Positions 9,420 to 18,591 of a stretch of 64,000 nt of DNA are shown here, in pieces. Source of the DNA: an uncultured Candidatus Saccharibacteria bacterium (GTDB taxonomy: Bacteria > Patescibacteriota > Minisyncoccia > Phycocordibacterales > PCTT01); NCBI GenBank assembly GCA_964566505.1, contig CAZMIM010000001.1:65140-129139 (forward strand), given 5' to 3'. Within the stretch, counting starts at the first letter, position 1; every line of letters starts with the position of its first letter. Below the pieces are notes generated by a model. The model was not told where the DNA came from. It saw nothing but the letters and a program-made list of their open reading frames with translations, and made no database searches. A program made the translations under genes and the position numbers.

Positions 9420-11354
9420 ATGAGAGAAACTCCACATACTGGAAGCACAATAGAAGGCAAGCTACAGACCACGTCACGAGGCGTGGGCTATCTTTCTTAT
9501 GACGAAGAGGCAAAAGATATAGAAATCCCAGAAGACAAGACGTACACAGCACTTCACGGAGACACTGTCGTGGTGCGTATTACACACAGTGACAGTGAGC
9601 GTGTGTATGGAGAAGTAATAAAAGTATTAGAGCGTGGTGCAAAACTTTTCTCTGGAACACTTGAGCAAGAGGCTGGGCACTTCTTTCTAATGACAGACAA
9701 CCATCGAATTCACCGGGATATTCTTGTGGCACCAGATGAGCGACTAAAAGAAGGATACAAAGCAGTGGTACGCTTCCTTTCTTGGAACACTACACACGAT
9801 GACCCTAAAGGAGAGCTTGTGTCTATTTTGGGTAGAAAGGGAGAACACGAAGCAGAAATGCAATCAATTATCGTGGGGCGTGGGATTGTTTACGACTTCC
9901 CTGTTGAAGTAGAAAAAGAAGCAAAAGAAATCAAAGCAAACGAAGCAAAAATCTTTCAAGATGCAGAAAACGACCCTCGCCGAAAAGATATCCGAGACAT
10001 TCCTACATTCACCATCGACCCAGACAGTGCAAAAGACTTTGATGATGCTCTTTCTATTCGAACACTACAAAATGGAAACCTGGAGATTGGTATTCATATT
10101 GCTGATGTATCTCACTATGTACAAGAAGGAAGTGCGCTAGACCAAGAAGCACAATCACGAGGATTTTCTACATACCTAGTGGATAGAACCATCCCGATGC
10201 TTCCTGAAGTACTTTCAAACGACCTTTGTAGTCTCAACCCGCATGTCGACCGACTCGCCTTTTCTGCAATATTTGAAATGACTCATAGTGGACAAGTAGA
10301 GAGCTCTTGGTATGGAAAAACAATCATTCACTCAGACAAACGGTTTACATACGAAAATGCACAAGAACAGATTGACGCTGGAGATGGTGAATACTCAGAG
10401 CCACTAATAACTCTAAATGGAATAGCAAAAACACTGCGAGCACGAAGATTTTCAAAAGGTGCAGTGGACTTCTCTGATGACGAAGTAAAGTTTGAGCTCA
10501 ATGACAAGGGCGAAGTAATGCGTGTGTATAAAAAAGAGCGGCTTGATACTCACAAACTTGTGGAAGAGTTTATGCTTCTTGCTAACCGCTCTGTAGCAGA
10601 GAAAATAGAAAAACTGTGTGAAAACTCAGGCCACGATCACCTTTTTGTATACAGAATCCACGACCTACCAGATAGAGAAAAACTTTCCGAGCTTGGCACA
10701 TTTCTTAAAGCTCTTGGATACCGATTTGAGGTGCCAAATGAAGTAAGCGGAACAGACCTAAACAAACTACTAGAGCAAGTGAAGGACAAACCAGAGGAAG
10801 GTTTGGTAAATACAGCGCTTATTCGCTCTATGGCAAAGGCTGTATACTCTACCGCTAACAATGGACACTTTGGGCTGGCATTTGAGCACTACACACACTT
10901 CACATCGCCTATCCGTAGATACCCTGACCTTATTGTGCACCGACTTCTATTTGCACATCTTCATAACGAGAATATTACTCAAAGAGAGATAGACCTCTAT
11001 GAAAGCATTATCTCTAAATCAACTGACAAAGAGATTAATATTATGCAAGCAGAGCGTGAGAGTATTAAATACAAGCAAGTAGAGTTCCTAAAAGATCGTG
11101 TGGGTGAGACATTTGATGTATTAGTAACAGGAGTTTCAGACTTTGGACTCTTTGTGGAAGAGAAAGAAACACGAGCACAGGGACTCATTGCTATTAGAAA
11201 TCTAGGAAATGATTTCTTTGAGCTTCGAGAGAAACAATTTGCAATAGTTGGTAAAAGCAGTGGTCAAAAGTTTACACTCGGGCAAACACTCAAAGCAAAG
11301 CTCACTGGAGCAGACCTAGACAAGCGTCAGCTCGACTTCCGTCTCCAAAACTAA
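9420..11354 (+). CDS. rnr: Ribonuclease R
   Basis: TIDPDSAKDFDDA, HIADVS, HFTSPIRRYPDL, C-terminal S1 domain. Confidence 0.95.
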   Translation: MRETPHTGSTIEGKLQTTSRGVGYLSYDEEAKDIEIPEDKTYTALHGDTVVVRITHSDSERVYGEVIKVLERGAKLFSGTLEQEAGHFFLMTDNHRIHRDILVAPDERLKEGYKAVVRFLSWNTTHDDPKGELVSILGRKGEHEAEMQSIIVGRGIVYDFPVEVEKEAKEIKANEAKIFQDAENDPRRKDIRDIPTFTIDPDSAKDFDDALSIRTLQNGNLEIGIHIADVSHYVQEGSALDQEAQSRGFSTYLVDRTIPMLPEVLSNDLCSLNPHVDRLAFSAIFEMTHSGQVESSWYGKTIIHSDKRFTYENAQEQIDAGDGEYSEPLITLNGIAKTLRARRFSKGAVDFSDDEVKFELNDKGEVMRVYKKERLDTHKLVEEFMLLANRSVAEKIEKLCENSGHDHLFVYRIHDLPDREKLSELGTFLKALGYRFEVPNEVSGTDLNKLLEQVKDKPEEGLVNTALIRSMAKAVYSTANNGHFGLAFEHYTHFTSPIRRYPDLIVHRLLFAHLHNENITQREIDLYESIISKSTDKEINIMQAERESIKYKQVEFLKDRVGETFDVLVTGVSDFGLFVEEKETRAQGLIAIRNLGNDFFELREKQFAIVGKSSGQKFTLGQTLKAKLTGADLDKRQLDFRLQN

Positions 11355-11417
11355 GTTTGGGAGAGTCAGACTCTCCCAAACAAAAACCAACGGCTCAAGA
11401 GTGAGCCGTTGGTTTTT
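11355..11417. repeat. Composite of family 1 palindrome (11355-11381) and family 2 hairpin (11382-11417)
   Basis: GTTTGGGAGAGTCAGACTCTCCCAAAC followed by AAAAACCAACGGCTCA-AGAG-TGAGCCGTTGGTTTTT, between convergent genes. Confidence 0.88.
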
Positions 11418-11423
11418 TATATA

Positions 11424-12146
11424 CTATTCTTCTCGAAGTGGTGCGTTTTTGATTATTTCAAGCGCCTCCTCGTCTGTGTCTATGATGGTGTATAGATCTA
11501 TATCAGACTCATCAATAGTTTTGTAATCTTTTGCGAGTGTCTCTCTTATAAACCCATCAAGCCGTCCCCAATACTCTTTTCCTACAAGAATAATAGGTAC
11601 GCGAGGAATCTTTCTAGTTTGAACAAGTGTGAGAATCTCAAAGAACTCGTCCATTGTTCCAAACCCTCCTGGGAAATAGACATATGCCTCTGCTGAAAAT
11701 GTGAGAGTTACTTTTCGTGAAAAGAAATAATAGAAAGACATAGAGTCCTCTACATATGGATTCACTACTTGTTCAAAAGGAAGCTCAATATTGAGTCCAA
11801 GTGAATTACCTGGCCCATCCGCCTCTTTTGCTCCCCTGTTTGCACCTTCCATAATTCCAGGCCCTCCTCCTGTGATAACTGTGTATCCGAGCTCATCTAC
11901 AATCTTATAAGCAAGGTCTCGTGCTCTTTGGTAGTGCTCGTTATCTTCAGGAAATCGTGCTGAACCAAAAATAGTTACTGAACGAGGATGGTTTTTAATA
12001 AACTCAAATCCATCATGAAATTCTCTTGTAATGCGCCCCACGCGCTCATCGATTTCTTTTTGAACATCATCACGCTTTAGCGGTTCTGTATGAAGCTTTA
12101 CTGAAGGAACATTTATTATTTTTTTGTTTGGATCGATTGGTGTCAT
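11424..12146 (-). CDS. LOG family nucleotide phosphoribohydrolase (TIGR00730-like)
   Basis: FGSAR, TGGGPGIM, PGGFGTMDE. Confidence 0.9.
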   Translation of the reverse strand: MTPIDPNKKIINVPSVKLHTEPLKRDDVQKEIDERVGRITREFHDGFEFIKNHPRSVTIFGSARFPEDNEHYQRARDLAYKIVDELGYTVITGGGPGIMEGANRGAKEADGPGNSLGLNIELPFEQVVNPYVEDSMSFYYFFSRKVTLTFSAEAYVYFPGGFGTMDEFFEILTLVQTRKIPRVPIILVGKEYWGRLDGFIRETLAKDYKTIDESDIDLYTIIDTDEEALEIIKNAPLREE

Positions 12147-12185
12147 TATATTTCTCTTAGGAACATAGTGAGTTAGAGAAATATA

Positions 12186-12485
12186 ACCCGCTACATTTTT
12201 TAAATATATTATTTTTTAAGTGTATCTTTTAGATTTTTATATAAAAATCTTCTACCCCATCCTGATTTTAAATATTTTTCTCTTCGCATAGCGTTAGATT
12301 GGGAAAGATACATTTCTAAGTATACCAGCTTCCAAGGTCTATTGCCTTTAGTTGATAAAACCTTACCTTCATTATGCAGTCTTAATCTTTCCTTTATATC
12401 ACTAGAATAACCAATATATAACTTACTATCTTTTTTACTTTTTAATACATAGACGCTATGCATATGTTTAAAAAATGAGGAGGGT
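12186..12485. mobile_element. Putative minimal GIY-YIG element with 24-bp terminal inverted repeats
   Basis: IRs at 12186-12209 and 12462-12485 match at 20/24 and abut the stop and start codons; interior is AT-rich. Confidence 0.55.
12209..12463 (-). CDS. GIY-YIG nuclease
   Basis: VYVLKS...LYIGYS..RL..HN.G...RPW.LVY.E...RE..LKSG.GR. Confidence 0.92.
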   Translation of the reverse strand: MHSVYVLKSKKDSKLYIGYSSDIKERLRLHNEGKVLSTKGNRPWKLVYLEMYLSQSNAMRREKYLKSGWGRRFLYKNLKDTLKK

Positions 12486-12613
12486 ATTTAGAAAATCCGC
12501 ACAAACTTTTAGCATACAAACAATCTACCAAATTTGAGATAATTCGCACAAACTTTTACTACGTAAAACTTAGGCAGATAAATAAAATATAGTCGCCTTG
12601 CTCCTTATTTTAT

Positions 12614-14779
12614 TTACTTCGCTACTTTCACCGCCTCATCAAACTCAATAGAAAGCAATCGTGAAATACCGTCATGTTGCATAGTCACTCCATATAGTAG
12701 GCCTGCTCGTGACATAGTCTCTCTGTTGTGAGTAATGAGAATAAGTTGTGAGTACTCTGAAAGAGAGTTGATCATATCTCCATATCTCTTTGAGTTTGCT
12801 TCATCAAGAGCTGCGTCTGTCTCATCTAGGATAATAAATGGAGGTGGATTGATTTGTGAAAGCGCAAATAGAAGTGCAATAGATGTAAGGGCCCGCTCAC
12901 CACCAGAAAGCATCTCTAGTGAGCGAATCTTTTTCTTTGGAAGATTTACATCTATCTCCACGCCCTCTACCACATCGTCCTCTTCATCTTCTGATGTCTG
13001 CTTTTTCTTCTCAAGGAAAAGGCTTGCATTACCTCCTCCGAACATCAATGAGAAAAATGAATCAAACTGTCCATTAATACGCTCAAGCCCTTCTTTGAAT
13101 CGGGTATCGAGTGTGTTGTCTATCTCTTTTATAAGCTCCTCCAGAGACTGCTTTGTACTCTTTAGGTCGGCAAGCTCTTTTGAAAGAAACTCGTCACGCT
13201 CCTCTACCTCTTTGTGCTCTGTGCGCACCTCGTTGAAAGAGCCAATACCAAAATCTTCAAGTTTTACCAAAAGTCTGTCTATCTCCTTTGAGCGTCTTTG
13301 CTGATCTCCCTCATCACCTGCCGGGTCTACATCTACATACATAGTAATCTCTCGCCCATACTTCATGCCTGCCTCCATAAGATCCTGCTCAAACTGTTTA
13401 CCGCGCTCGCGAAGAAGTGCCTTCTTTTGCTCCAAATCAGCAAGTGTCGCTCGCAATTCTTTTTCTCGAGACATTACCTTTACCAAATCACGCTCAGCTC
13501 GGTAAAACTCGCTTCGCTCTTCCTCTGCTTTGTGTGATATGTCTGATTGCTTTTTAAGAAGCTCTTCTTTTTCCATATCTAACGCCTCTATCTCTCGCTC
13601 TATCGCCTTTCGCTTTTCATCTAGAAGCGAAGTGTCTACTTCTTCGGCTGGTGCCTCTGTCTTTAGCTCCGTTTTTACATCTGCAAATTCCTCTTTTATA
13701 AATGAAAGAAGTGTTTTTACAGCGGTGGCATCAGAAAGTGTTGTGTTTTGGATTTTCTCTTCTATTTTTGTAATAAGCTTGAGAACCTTTTGTCCTGAGA
13801 TGGCTTTTCCTTGTGTGAGCTGTGTGTGCTTCATAAGTCGCTCCTGTGCCTCTATTTCTCCCTCTACACGCCCCAAATCACGCGTGAGTATGTTTCGCTT
13901 GTGTGAGATATCTTTTAGCTCTCGCCCAATACGGTTGAGCTCTTTGTGATGCTCTGACTCGTCCTGTGTATCATCGAGAATCTTTTGAAGTTCTTTTACT
14001 TCATTCTCAATATTTTTAAGCTCTCCACGCGGAACCGCAATTTTCCCATCAAGTCTTGCTTGCTCTGTCTCAAGATATTTCTCTTCGTATGAGAAATACT
14101 CTTTATAAAGTGTAATAAGCTCATCACGAAAAGCCTGAGCTTTCTCTCCCTTTTCTACCTGTTTTTTAAGAAATGTTAGGTGTGGCTTTATCTCTCTTCG
14201 GAGCGATTCTACTTCTTTGATGTTTTGCTCGGTGCGTGAGAGCTTTGAAATACTGTCTTTTCGTTTCAAATGATATACACGAAGCCCTAGTGCGTCCTCT
14301 ATCATTGAACGTCGCTCTTTTGGAGATACATTAAGTATTCTGTCTGCCTCTCCTTGAGAAATAATATGATGTCCAGTAGAGCCAATGTTTGCACGAGCCA
14401 GAAGCTCTGCAATATCTTTCCTGCGCACCTTTGAGTCGTTTATACGATACTCGTGTGTTCCGTCTCGGTGCACTACACGCTCTATCACTACATCGTCATA
14501 ATCAATATCAAAAAGTTTATTTCTGTTATCAAGCACCACTCTTACGCTTGCTCTATTTGAGCGCTGTCCTCCACCTGAACCATTGAAAATAAGATCCTCA
14601 CTTCGCTTTCCTCGAAGTGATTTCATAGACTGCTCACCAAGCGCAAATCGAAATGCCTCTGCTACATTTGATTTTCCTGAACCATTTGGTCCTACGATTG
14701 CAGAAATGGGAGTTTTAAAGTCGAGTTTTGATTTTTTACCGAATGATTTGAATCCGGCAATCTCGATAGATTTAAGCAT
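12614..14779 (-). CDS. smc: SMC-family chromosome segregation ATPase (short form)
   Basis: GFKSF, GPNGSGKSN, LSGGE, LDETDAALD, long coiled coil. Confidence 0.9.
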   Translation of the reverse strand: MLKSIEIAGFKSFGKKSKLDFKTPISAIVGPNGSGKSNVAEAFRFALGEQSMKSLRGKRSEDLIFNGSGGGQRSNRASVRVVLDNRNKLFDIDYDDVVIERVVHRDGTHEYRINDSKVRRKDIAELLARANIGSTGHHIISQGEADRILNVSPKERRSMIEDALGLRVYHLKRKDSISKLSRTEQNIKEVESLRREIKPHLTFLKKQVEKGEKAQAFRDELITLYKEYFSYEEKYLETEQARLDGKIAVPRGELKNIENEVKELQKILDDTQDESEHHKELNRIGRELKDISHKRNILTRDLGRVEGEIEAQERLMKHTQLTQGKAISGQKVLKLITKIEEKIQNTTLSDATAVKTLLSFIKEEFADVKTELKTEAPAEEVDTSLLDEKRKAIEREIEALDMEKEELLKKQSDISHKAEEERSEFYRAERDLVKVMSREKELRATLADLEQKKALLRERGKQFEQDLMEAGMKYGREITMYVDVDPAGDEGDQQRRSKEIDRLLVKLEDFGIGSFNEVRTEHKEVEERDEFLSKELADLKSTKQSLEELIKEIDNTLDTRFKEGLERINGQFDSFFSLMFGGGNASLFLEKKKQTSEDEEDDVVEGVEIDVNLPKKKIRSLEMLSGGERALTSIALLFALSQINPPPFIILDETDAALDEANSKRYGDMINSLSEYSQLILITHNRETMSRAGLLYGVTMQHDGISRLLSIEFDEAVKVAK

Positions 14780-14858
14780 TATAAAGATAGTATACAGTAT
14801 TTAGTATTTGGTATGTAGTATAAAATAAAGCCCGTGAGAACATGATCTCTAACAAAAT

Positions 14859-14885
14859 GTTTGGGAGAACCCGGTTCTCCCAAAC
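14859..14885. repeat. Family 1 palindrome variant
   Basis: GTTTGGGAGAACCCGGTTCTCCCAAAC. Confidence 0.85.
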
Positions 14886-14952
14886 ATTGACAAAGGAACA
14901 TCGAAGTAGTAGTTTTTGGAAAACTGTACAAACCAAACAAACGGTGAATCAA

Positions 14953-15132
14953 GTGGCTAAAAGAAAAGGGCCGGGTAAAAGAAAGGGTAAGTCTTCCCGA
15001 CACCCTCGCAATGTGTCCAAAAAAGTCGAAAGATGGAGAGTCAATGTTAGTTATTATGGGAGCAGATATGATCCGATAAAAATTCAGCACGGCCACAATC
15101 CAAGACCTTTCAAAAAGAAGAGGAAAATCTGA
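14953..15132 (+). CDS. Lys/Arg-rich micro-protein (59 aa)
   Basis: GGTGA SD-like site before GTG; AKRKGPGKRKGKSSRHPR...FKKKRKI. Confidence 0.55.
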   Translation: MAKRKGPGKRKGKSSRHPRNVSKKVERWRVNVSYYGSRYDPIKIQHGHNPRPFKKKRKI

Positions 15133-15272
15133 TGCCATCTCGTAGGAATCGAAAGAAGTCCAAAGCCGTTCGCGAACGGAACAATCGCAAAAGGCGTTTG
15201 AAAATCCTCAGAGAAACAAAAAACGATTATCGTGAGCGACGTCGTCGTGGGAAAAAATTCAACATCTACTAG
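15132..15272 (+). CDS. Arg-rich micro-protein (46 aa)
   Basis: TGATG overlap with the upstream ORF and AGAGGA SD; MPSRRNRKKSKAVRERNNRKRRLKILRETKNDYRERRRRGKKFNIY. Confidence 0.6.
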   Translation: MPSRRNRKKSKAVRERNNRKRRLKILRETKNDYRERRRRGKKFNIY

Positions 15273-15293
15273 AGTTGAATTTACTTCCACTAA

Positions 15294-15336
15294 AAAGCCC
15301 GCCCAAATTTCACATAGTGAAACTTAGGCGGGCTTT
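15294..15336. repeat. Family 3 hairpin / terminator
   Basis: AAAGCCCGCCCAAATTTCAC-ATA-GTGAAACTTAGGCGGGCTTT; related copy at 17441-17479. Confidence 0.8.
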
Positions 15337-15353
15337 ATTGTTTATTTGCAAAA

Positions 15354-15380
15354 GTTTGGGGAAGTCAGACTTCCCCAAAC
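15354..15380. repeat. Family 1 palindrome
   Basis: GTTTGGGGAAGTCAGACTTCCCCAAAC. Confidence 0.88.
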
Positions 15381-15406
15381 AAAAACTAACTCCTATTGGC
15401 TAGTCA

Positions 15407-16117
15407 CTAGTTGCTAGCATCATTCCATCCTTGATGTTCAAGTGCTTTTCTTGCTGCCTCTTGTTCTGCTTCTTGCTTTGATTTTCCAGCTCCTTCTGCA
15501 ACTCGCTCATTTTCAAAATACACCGCCACAGTAAAGTGCTTGTCATGGTCTGGCCCACGCTCTTTTACAGTATCGTATCGTGGTGTTACTGAGAGCTCTT
15601 CTTGAGCTTTCTCTTGTAGAAAGCTCTTTGCGTCTTGCCATAGTCTGTTCTCTACAATCTCATCTGTCAGGTCAAATAGTGTGTTTGAGATAAACTTCTT
15701 AGCATTTTCATATCCGCTATCAAGATAAATAGCACCAATAATTGCCTCAAAAGCATTTGCAAGAATATATTGCCGTGCACGCCCTGTGTCTTTTGACTCT
15801 CCCTTTGAAAGAAGTAGATAATCATTTACACCAAGCTTCCGTGCTGCTTCTGAAATAGTCTGTGTATTTACAAGCGCTGCTCGTACTGCTGTCAGCTCTC
15901 CCTCTGGCTTGTCTGGATACTTTTCAAAAAGATACTCTGTTATTACAAGCTCCAAAACTGCATCTCCAAGAAACTCAAGACGCTCGTTGTGCTTTATATT
16001 TTTTTGTTTGTGCTCATTTACATATGAGCGGTGCGTAAACGCACGACGAATCAAGTCCTCATTAGCAAATGTAATACCAATGTGTTCCTGAAACGCTTTA
16101 AAATCTTTTTCAATCAT
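15407..16117 (-). CDS. rnc: Ribonuclease III
   Basis: NERLEFLGDAVL signature and C-terminal dsRBD. Confidence 0.97.
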   Translation of the reverse strand: MIEKDFKAFQEHIGITFANEDLIRRAFTHRSYVNEHKQKNIKHNERLEFLGDAVLELVITEYLFEKYPDKPEGELTAVRAALVNTQTISEAARKLGVNDYLLLSKGESKDTGRARQYILANAFEAIIGAIYLDSGYENAKKFISNTLFDLTDEIVENRLWQDAKSFLQEKAQEELSVTPRYDTVKERGPDHDKHFTVAVYFENERVAEGAGKSKQEAEQEAARKALEHQGWNDASN

Positions 16118-16124
16118 ATTTTTA

Positions 16125-17030
16125 TTATTCCTTTTCTGGATGCAGGAGTAAGTCAGCTGCCTTTGTCACAATTGGGAAGATATCTTCATAAAAATTAAGA
16201 TGCACAATCTCCTCGAGTGGGAACCATCGAGAATCATCGAGTCCCGATTTGTCCTCAGTACTCTTTAGCGGGCTATATGGTGCTTCTGCAAGGAAGTACC
16301 GCACCTGCTTTCTGATTTTTCCTTTCTCTGGATGAGAAGAAATATATTCATTGTCTCCAAGAAGTGGACCTATAGTAATAGGTAGACCCATCTCCTCATC
16401 TATCTCTCGGATAGCTGTCTCTTCGAAACTTTCGTTTCCTTCTACCTTTCCTTTTGATAGTGTCCAGTGGCCAAAAATGTCATGAACAAATGCCATGTAT
16501 ATATTTTCTTCGTGACGTGCATATACCACCGCACCTGCAAGTTTTACTATTTCCATCTCTTCGTATGGAATATCTTTTTTCTTTGCGCTTTTTTCATCTT
16601 TCCCCGGCTCTCCTATCTCTCGATATACAGAACCTAGCACTCCGTTTACAAACTTACCGCTTGATTCTCCTCCAAAATTCTTTGCGAGCTCTATGGCCTC
16701 GTTGATAGCCACCTTTGGTGGAACATCTTTTCTGTCACCATACAAAAGCTCATATAGACCTATTCTAAGAATATTTCGATCTACATTTGCAATTTTTTCT
16801 ATTGGCCAATCTGGTGCGGCCTTGGAGATTACCTCATCGAGTTTGTCTTTTTTATCTATCACTCCTGTAAGGAGGCTATTCATGTACGCATCATCAGCAG
16901 TACCAGGAGCAAATTCTTCCTGATTCCGCTTTAATATTTCTTCAAGTGGTTCGTGAGAATCATTTTCTCGCAAATCCCACTCAAAGAGTGTTTGCATTAT
17001 TATTGAACGTGATAAATGTCTTCCTGCCAT
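16125..17030 (-). CDS. nusB: Transcription antitermination factor NusB fused to a NUDIX domain
   Basis: VAINEAIELAK.FG...FVNGVL; NUDIX box KGKVEGNESFEETAIREIDEEMG. Confidence 0.9.
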   Translation of the reverse strand: MAGRHLSRSIIMQTLFEWDLRENDSHEPLEEILKRNQEEFAPGTADDAYMNSLLTGVIDKKDKLDEVISKAAPDWPIEKIANVDRNILRIGLYELLYGDRKDVPPKVAINEAIELAKNFGGESSGKFVNGVLGSVYREIGEPGKDEKSAKKKDIPYEEMEIVKLAGAVVYARHEENIYMAFVHDIFGHWTLSKGKVEGNESFEETAIREIDEEMGLPITIGPLLGDNEYISSHPEKGKIRKQVRYFLAEAPYSPLKSTEDKSGLDDSRWFPLEEIVHLNFYEDIFPIVTKAADLLLHPEKE

Positions 17031-17119
17031 GGGAAATAAAAAGTACGTTGATATGAGTTATACATATCATACTAGCATATACATCGTACACATCTAGTAC
17101 GCTATCTACACATCACATC

Positions 17120-17398
17120 TTATGAAGATTTCTCTTCTTTATCTTGTGAAGGAGCAGGTTTCTTATCCTCGATACCTAGCTCTCGGTTTTTTCGCTTGGT
17201 TCGCTCAGCCTTTTTCTTGTTGAGCGCATCCATATCTATAACAGTACGTCCCTTGTATGACCCACATGTATCACATACACGGTGTCGAAGGTGAAGTGAA
17301 CCACACTCTGTGCACGCAGAAAGACGCGGGCTCTTCAATGCATGATGAGCTCGTCTGTTTCGTGTATGACCATGTGTGTGTCGCATTCGTACTGACAT
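17120..17398 (-). CDS. rpmF: 50S ribosomal protein L32
   Basis: RRAHHAL...CTEC...HRVCDTCGSYKGR. Confidence 0.93.
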   Translation of the reverse strand: MSVRMRHTHGHTRNRRAHHALKSPRLSACTECGSLHLRHRVCDTCGSYKGRTVIDMDALNKKKAERTKRKNRELGIEDKKPAPSQDKEEKSS

Positions 17399-17440
17399 AG
17401 ACAAGCATTATATGATAAATCTTTGAAAACGCAAGAGAAA

Positions 17441-17479
17441 AGCCCGCCTAATTTTCACGCTGTGAAATTTAGGCGGGCT
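17441..17479. repeat. Family 3 hairpin / terminator
   Basis: AGCCCGCCTAATTTTCAC-GCT-GTGAAATTTAGGCGGGCT. Confidence 0.8.
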
Positions 17480-17503
17480 CTAATGAATGTCTCGAGAATT
17501 GGG

Positions 17504-18451
17504 TCAGGATTTGCTCCTTTCCTCATCCTCACGAATGAGCTTGTCTACTGCGTACGCAAGATCTCTAGGGCCAACCGCAGTTGGCTCTGTAGCAGGGAAT
17601 TTTCGTGTTCCATGAGAGAACAGATATCCACCCGGATGAGGAAACCAGGAGTTTCCACCACCTTCTTCTCGAATCAGCTCTCCAGCACTTCGAACAACGT
17701 CGCGAATAACGTCCTCGTCCATTCTCAAATGAGAGATTGAGCGAGCGCGTCGTACACCAACGTTATTTCCATCAACATACACTACGGCATCACAGCCATA
17801 GCGTCTTATGACAGCACGATTGATGCCGATACGCTTCTTATTCCAAACAATTGCTACACGTCCACCTGGAAGCAATTCTGCTTCTTTGGCTTCTTCGTAG
17901 GCCTGCTGTTTGGCGTAATAATCGTTGATTCGAGCAGACAGATACGAGCGAATTTCGTTGATCACAGCAATATCGTCCCTTTGAGAACGGTAGCGTGCCA
18001 TGGAAAGAGTAACGTGAGGACCATCTTCTGCGATAACCTCATATGCCTCTTCCGGCAAATGTTCATATGATTTGTAATACCCATAGGTATCCCAATCATC
18101 AACTTTTGTAATCAAGCGAGTGAGGTGCTCTTGAATTTCTTCGCTCGCAAATATTTGCATAATGAGCTTGAAGCAAGAATGTCTCACCCCCGCTGAGTCC
18201 TTTTCTCCTTTTACTCCTCTTCCTCCAACTCGCGCATCAAGAATGATTGCATTTTGAGGAATATCAGAGCCGTCAGAGCCTGGCGGGATTGTAAAAAATT
18301 GTGCACGCATACGCTTCGGTCGAAGCGCAAGCAAGTCGAATGCTGCACCAGAGAAAGCTGCGTCCAAGTCCACATATGGGTGAACATAGACAGGTACTAC
18401 CCCGTCTTTGTACGCACTCCTTTCTGGCACAACGAGTGTTGTTGGTTCCAT
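17504..18451 (-). CDS. Hypothetical protein, possibly a divergent DHH/MYG1-like phosphoesterase
   Basis: HPYVDLD, VDDWD and C-terminal WFPHPGGYL motifs. Confidence 0.5.
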   Translation of the reverse strand: MEPTTLVVPERSAYKDGVVPVYVHPYVDLDAAFSGAAFDLLALRPKRMRAQFFTIPPGSDGSDIPQNAIILDARVGGRGVKGEKDSAGVRHSCFKLIMQIFASEEIQEHLTRLITKVDDWDTYGYYKSYEHLPEEAYEVIAEDGPHVTLSMARYRSQRDDIAVINEIRSYLSARINDYYAKQQAYEEAKEAELLPGGRVAIVWNKKRIGINRAVIRRYGCDAVVYVDGNNVGVRRARSISHLRMDEDVIRDVVRSAGELIREEGGGNSWFPHPGGYLFSHGTRKFPATEPTAVGPRDLAYAVDKLIREDEERSKS

Positions 18452-18558
18452 ACTAGGATGGTGTAAGGTTCATATTATTTTTCGGTATAATAATACACCA
18501 TATTGGCTATATTGTCAATATTTATACACAATATAAAAAAGGCTCAACAGAGCCCTAG

Positions 18559-18589
18559 TGAACGGCTCATTTTCAAAATGAGCCGTTCA
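18559..18589. repeat. Family 2 hairpin
   Basis: TGAACGGCTCATTTTCAAAATGAGCCGTTCA downstream of rnhB. Confidence 0.8.
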
Positions 18590-18591
18590 AT

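Noticed and set aside
12735-14804. Antisense ORFs over smc, and similar ones over dnaE, uvrA, topA and dus
   Set aside because: Ser/Phe-rich shadow frames of well-supported genes
14842-14952. N-terminal extension of the basic ORF in the ORF track
   Set aside because: Runs through a family 1 palindrome; the SD-like site supports the GTG at 14953
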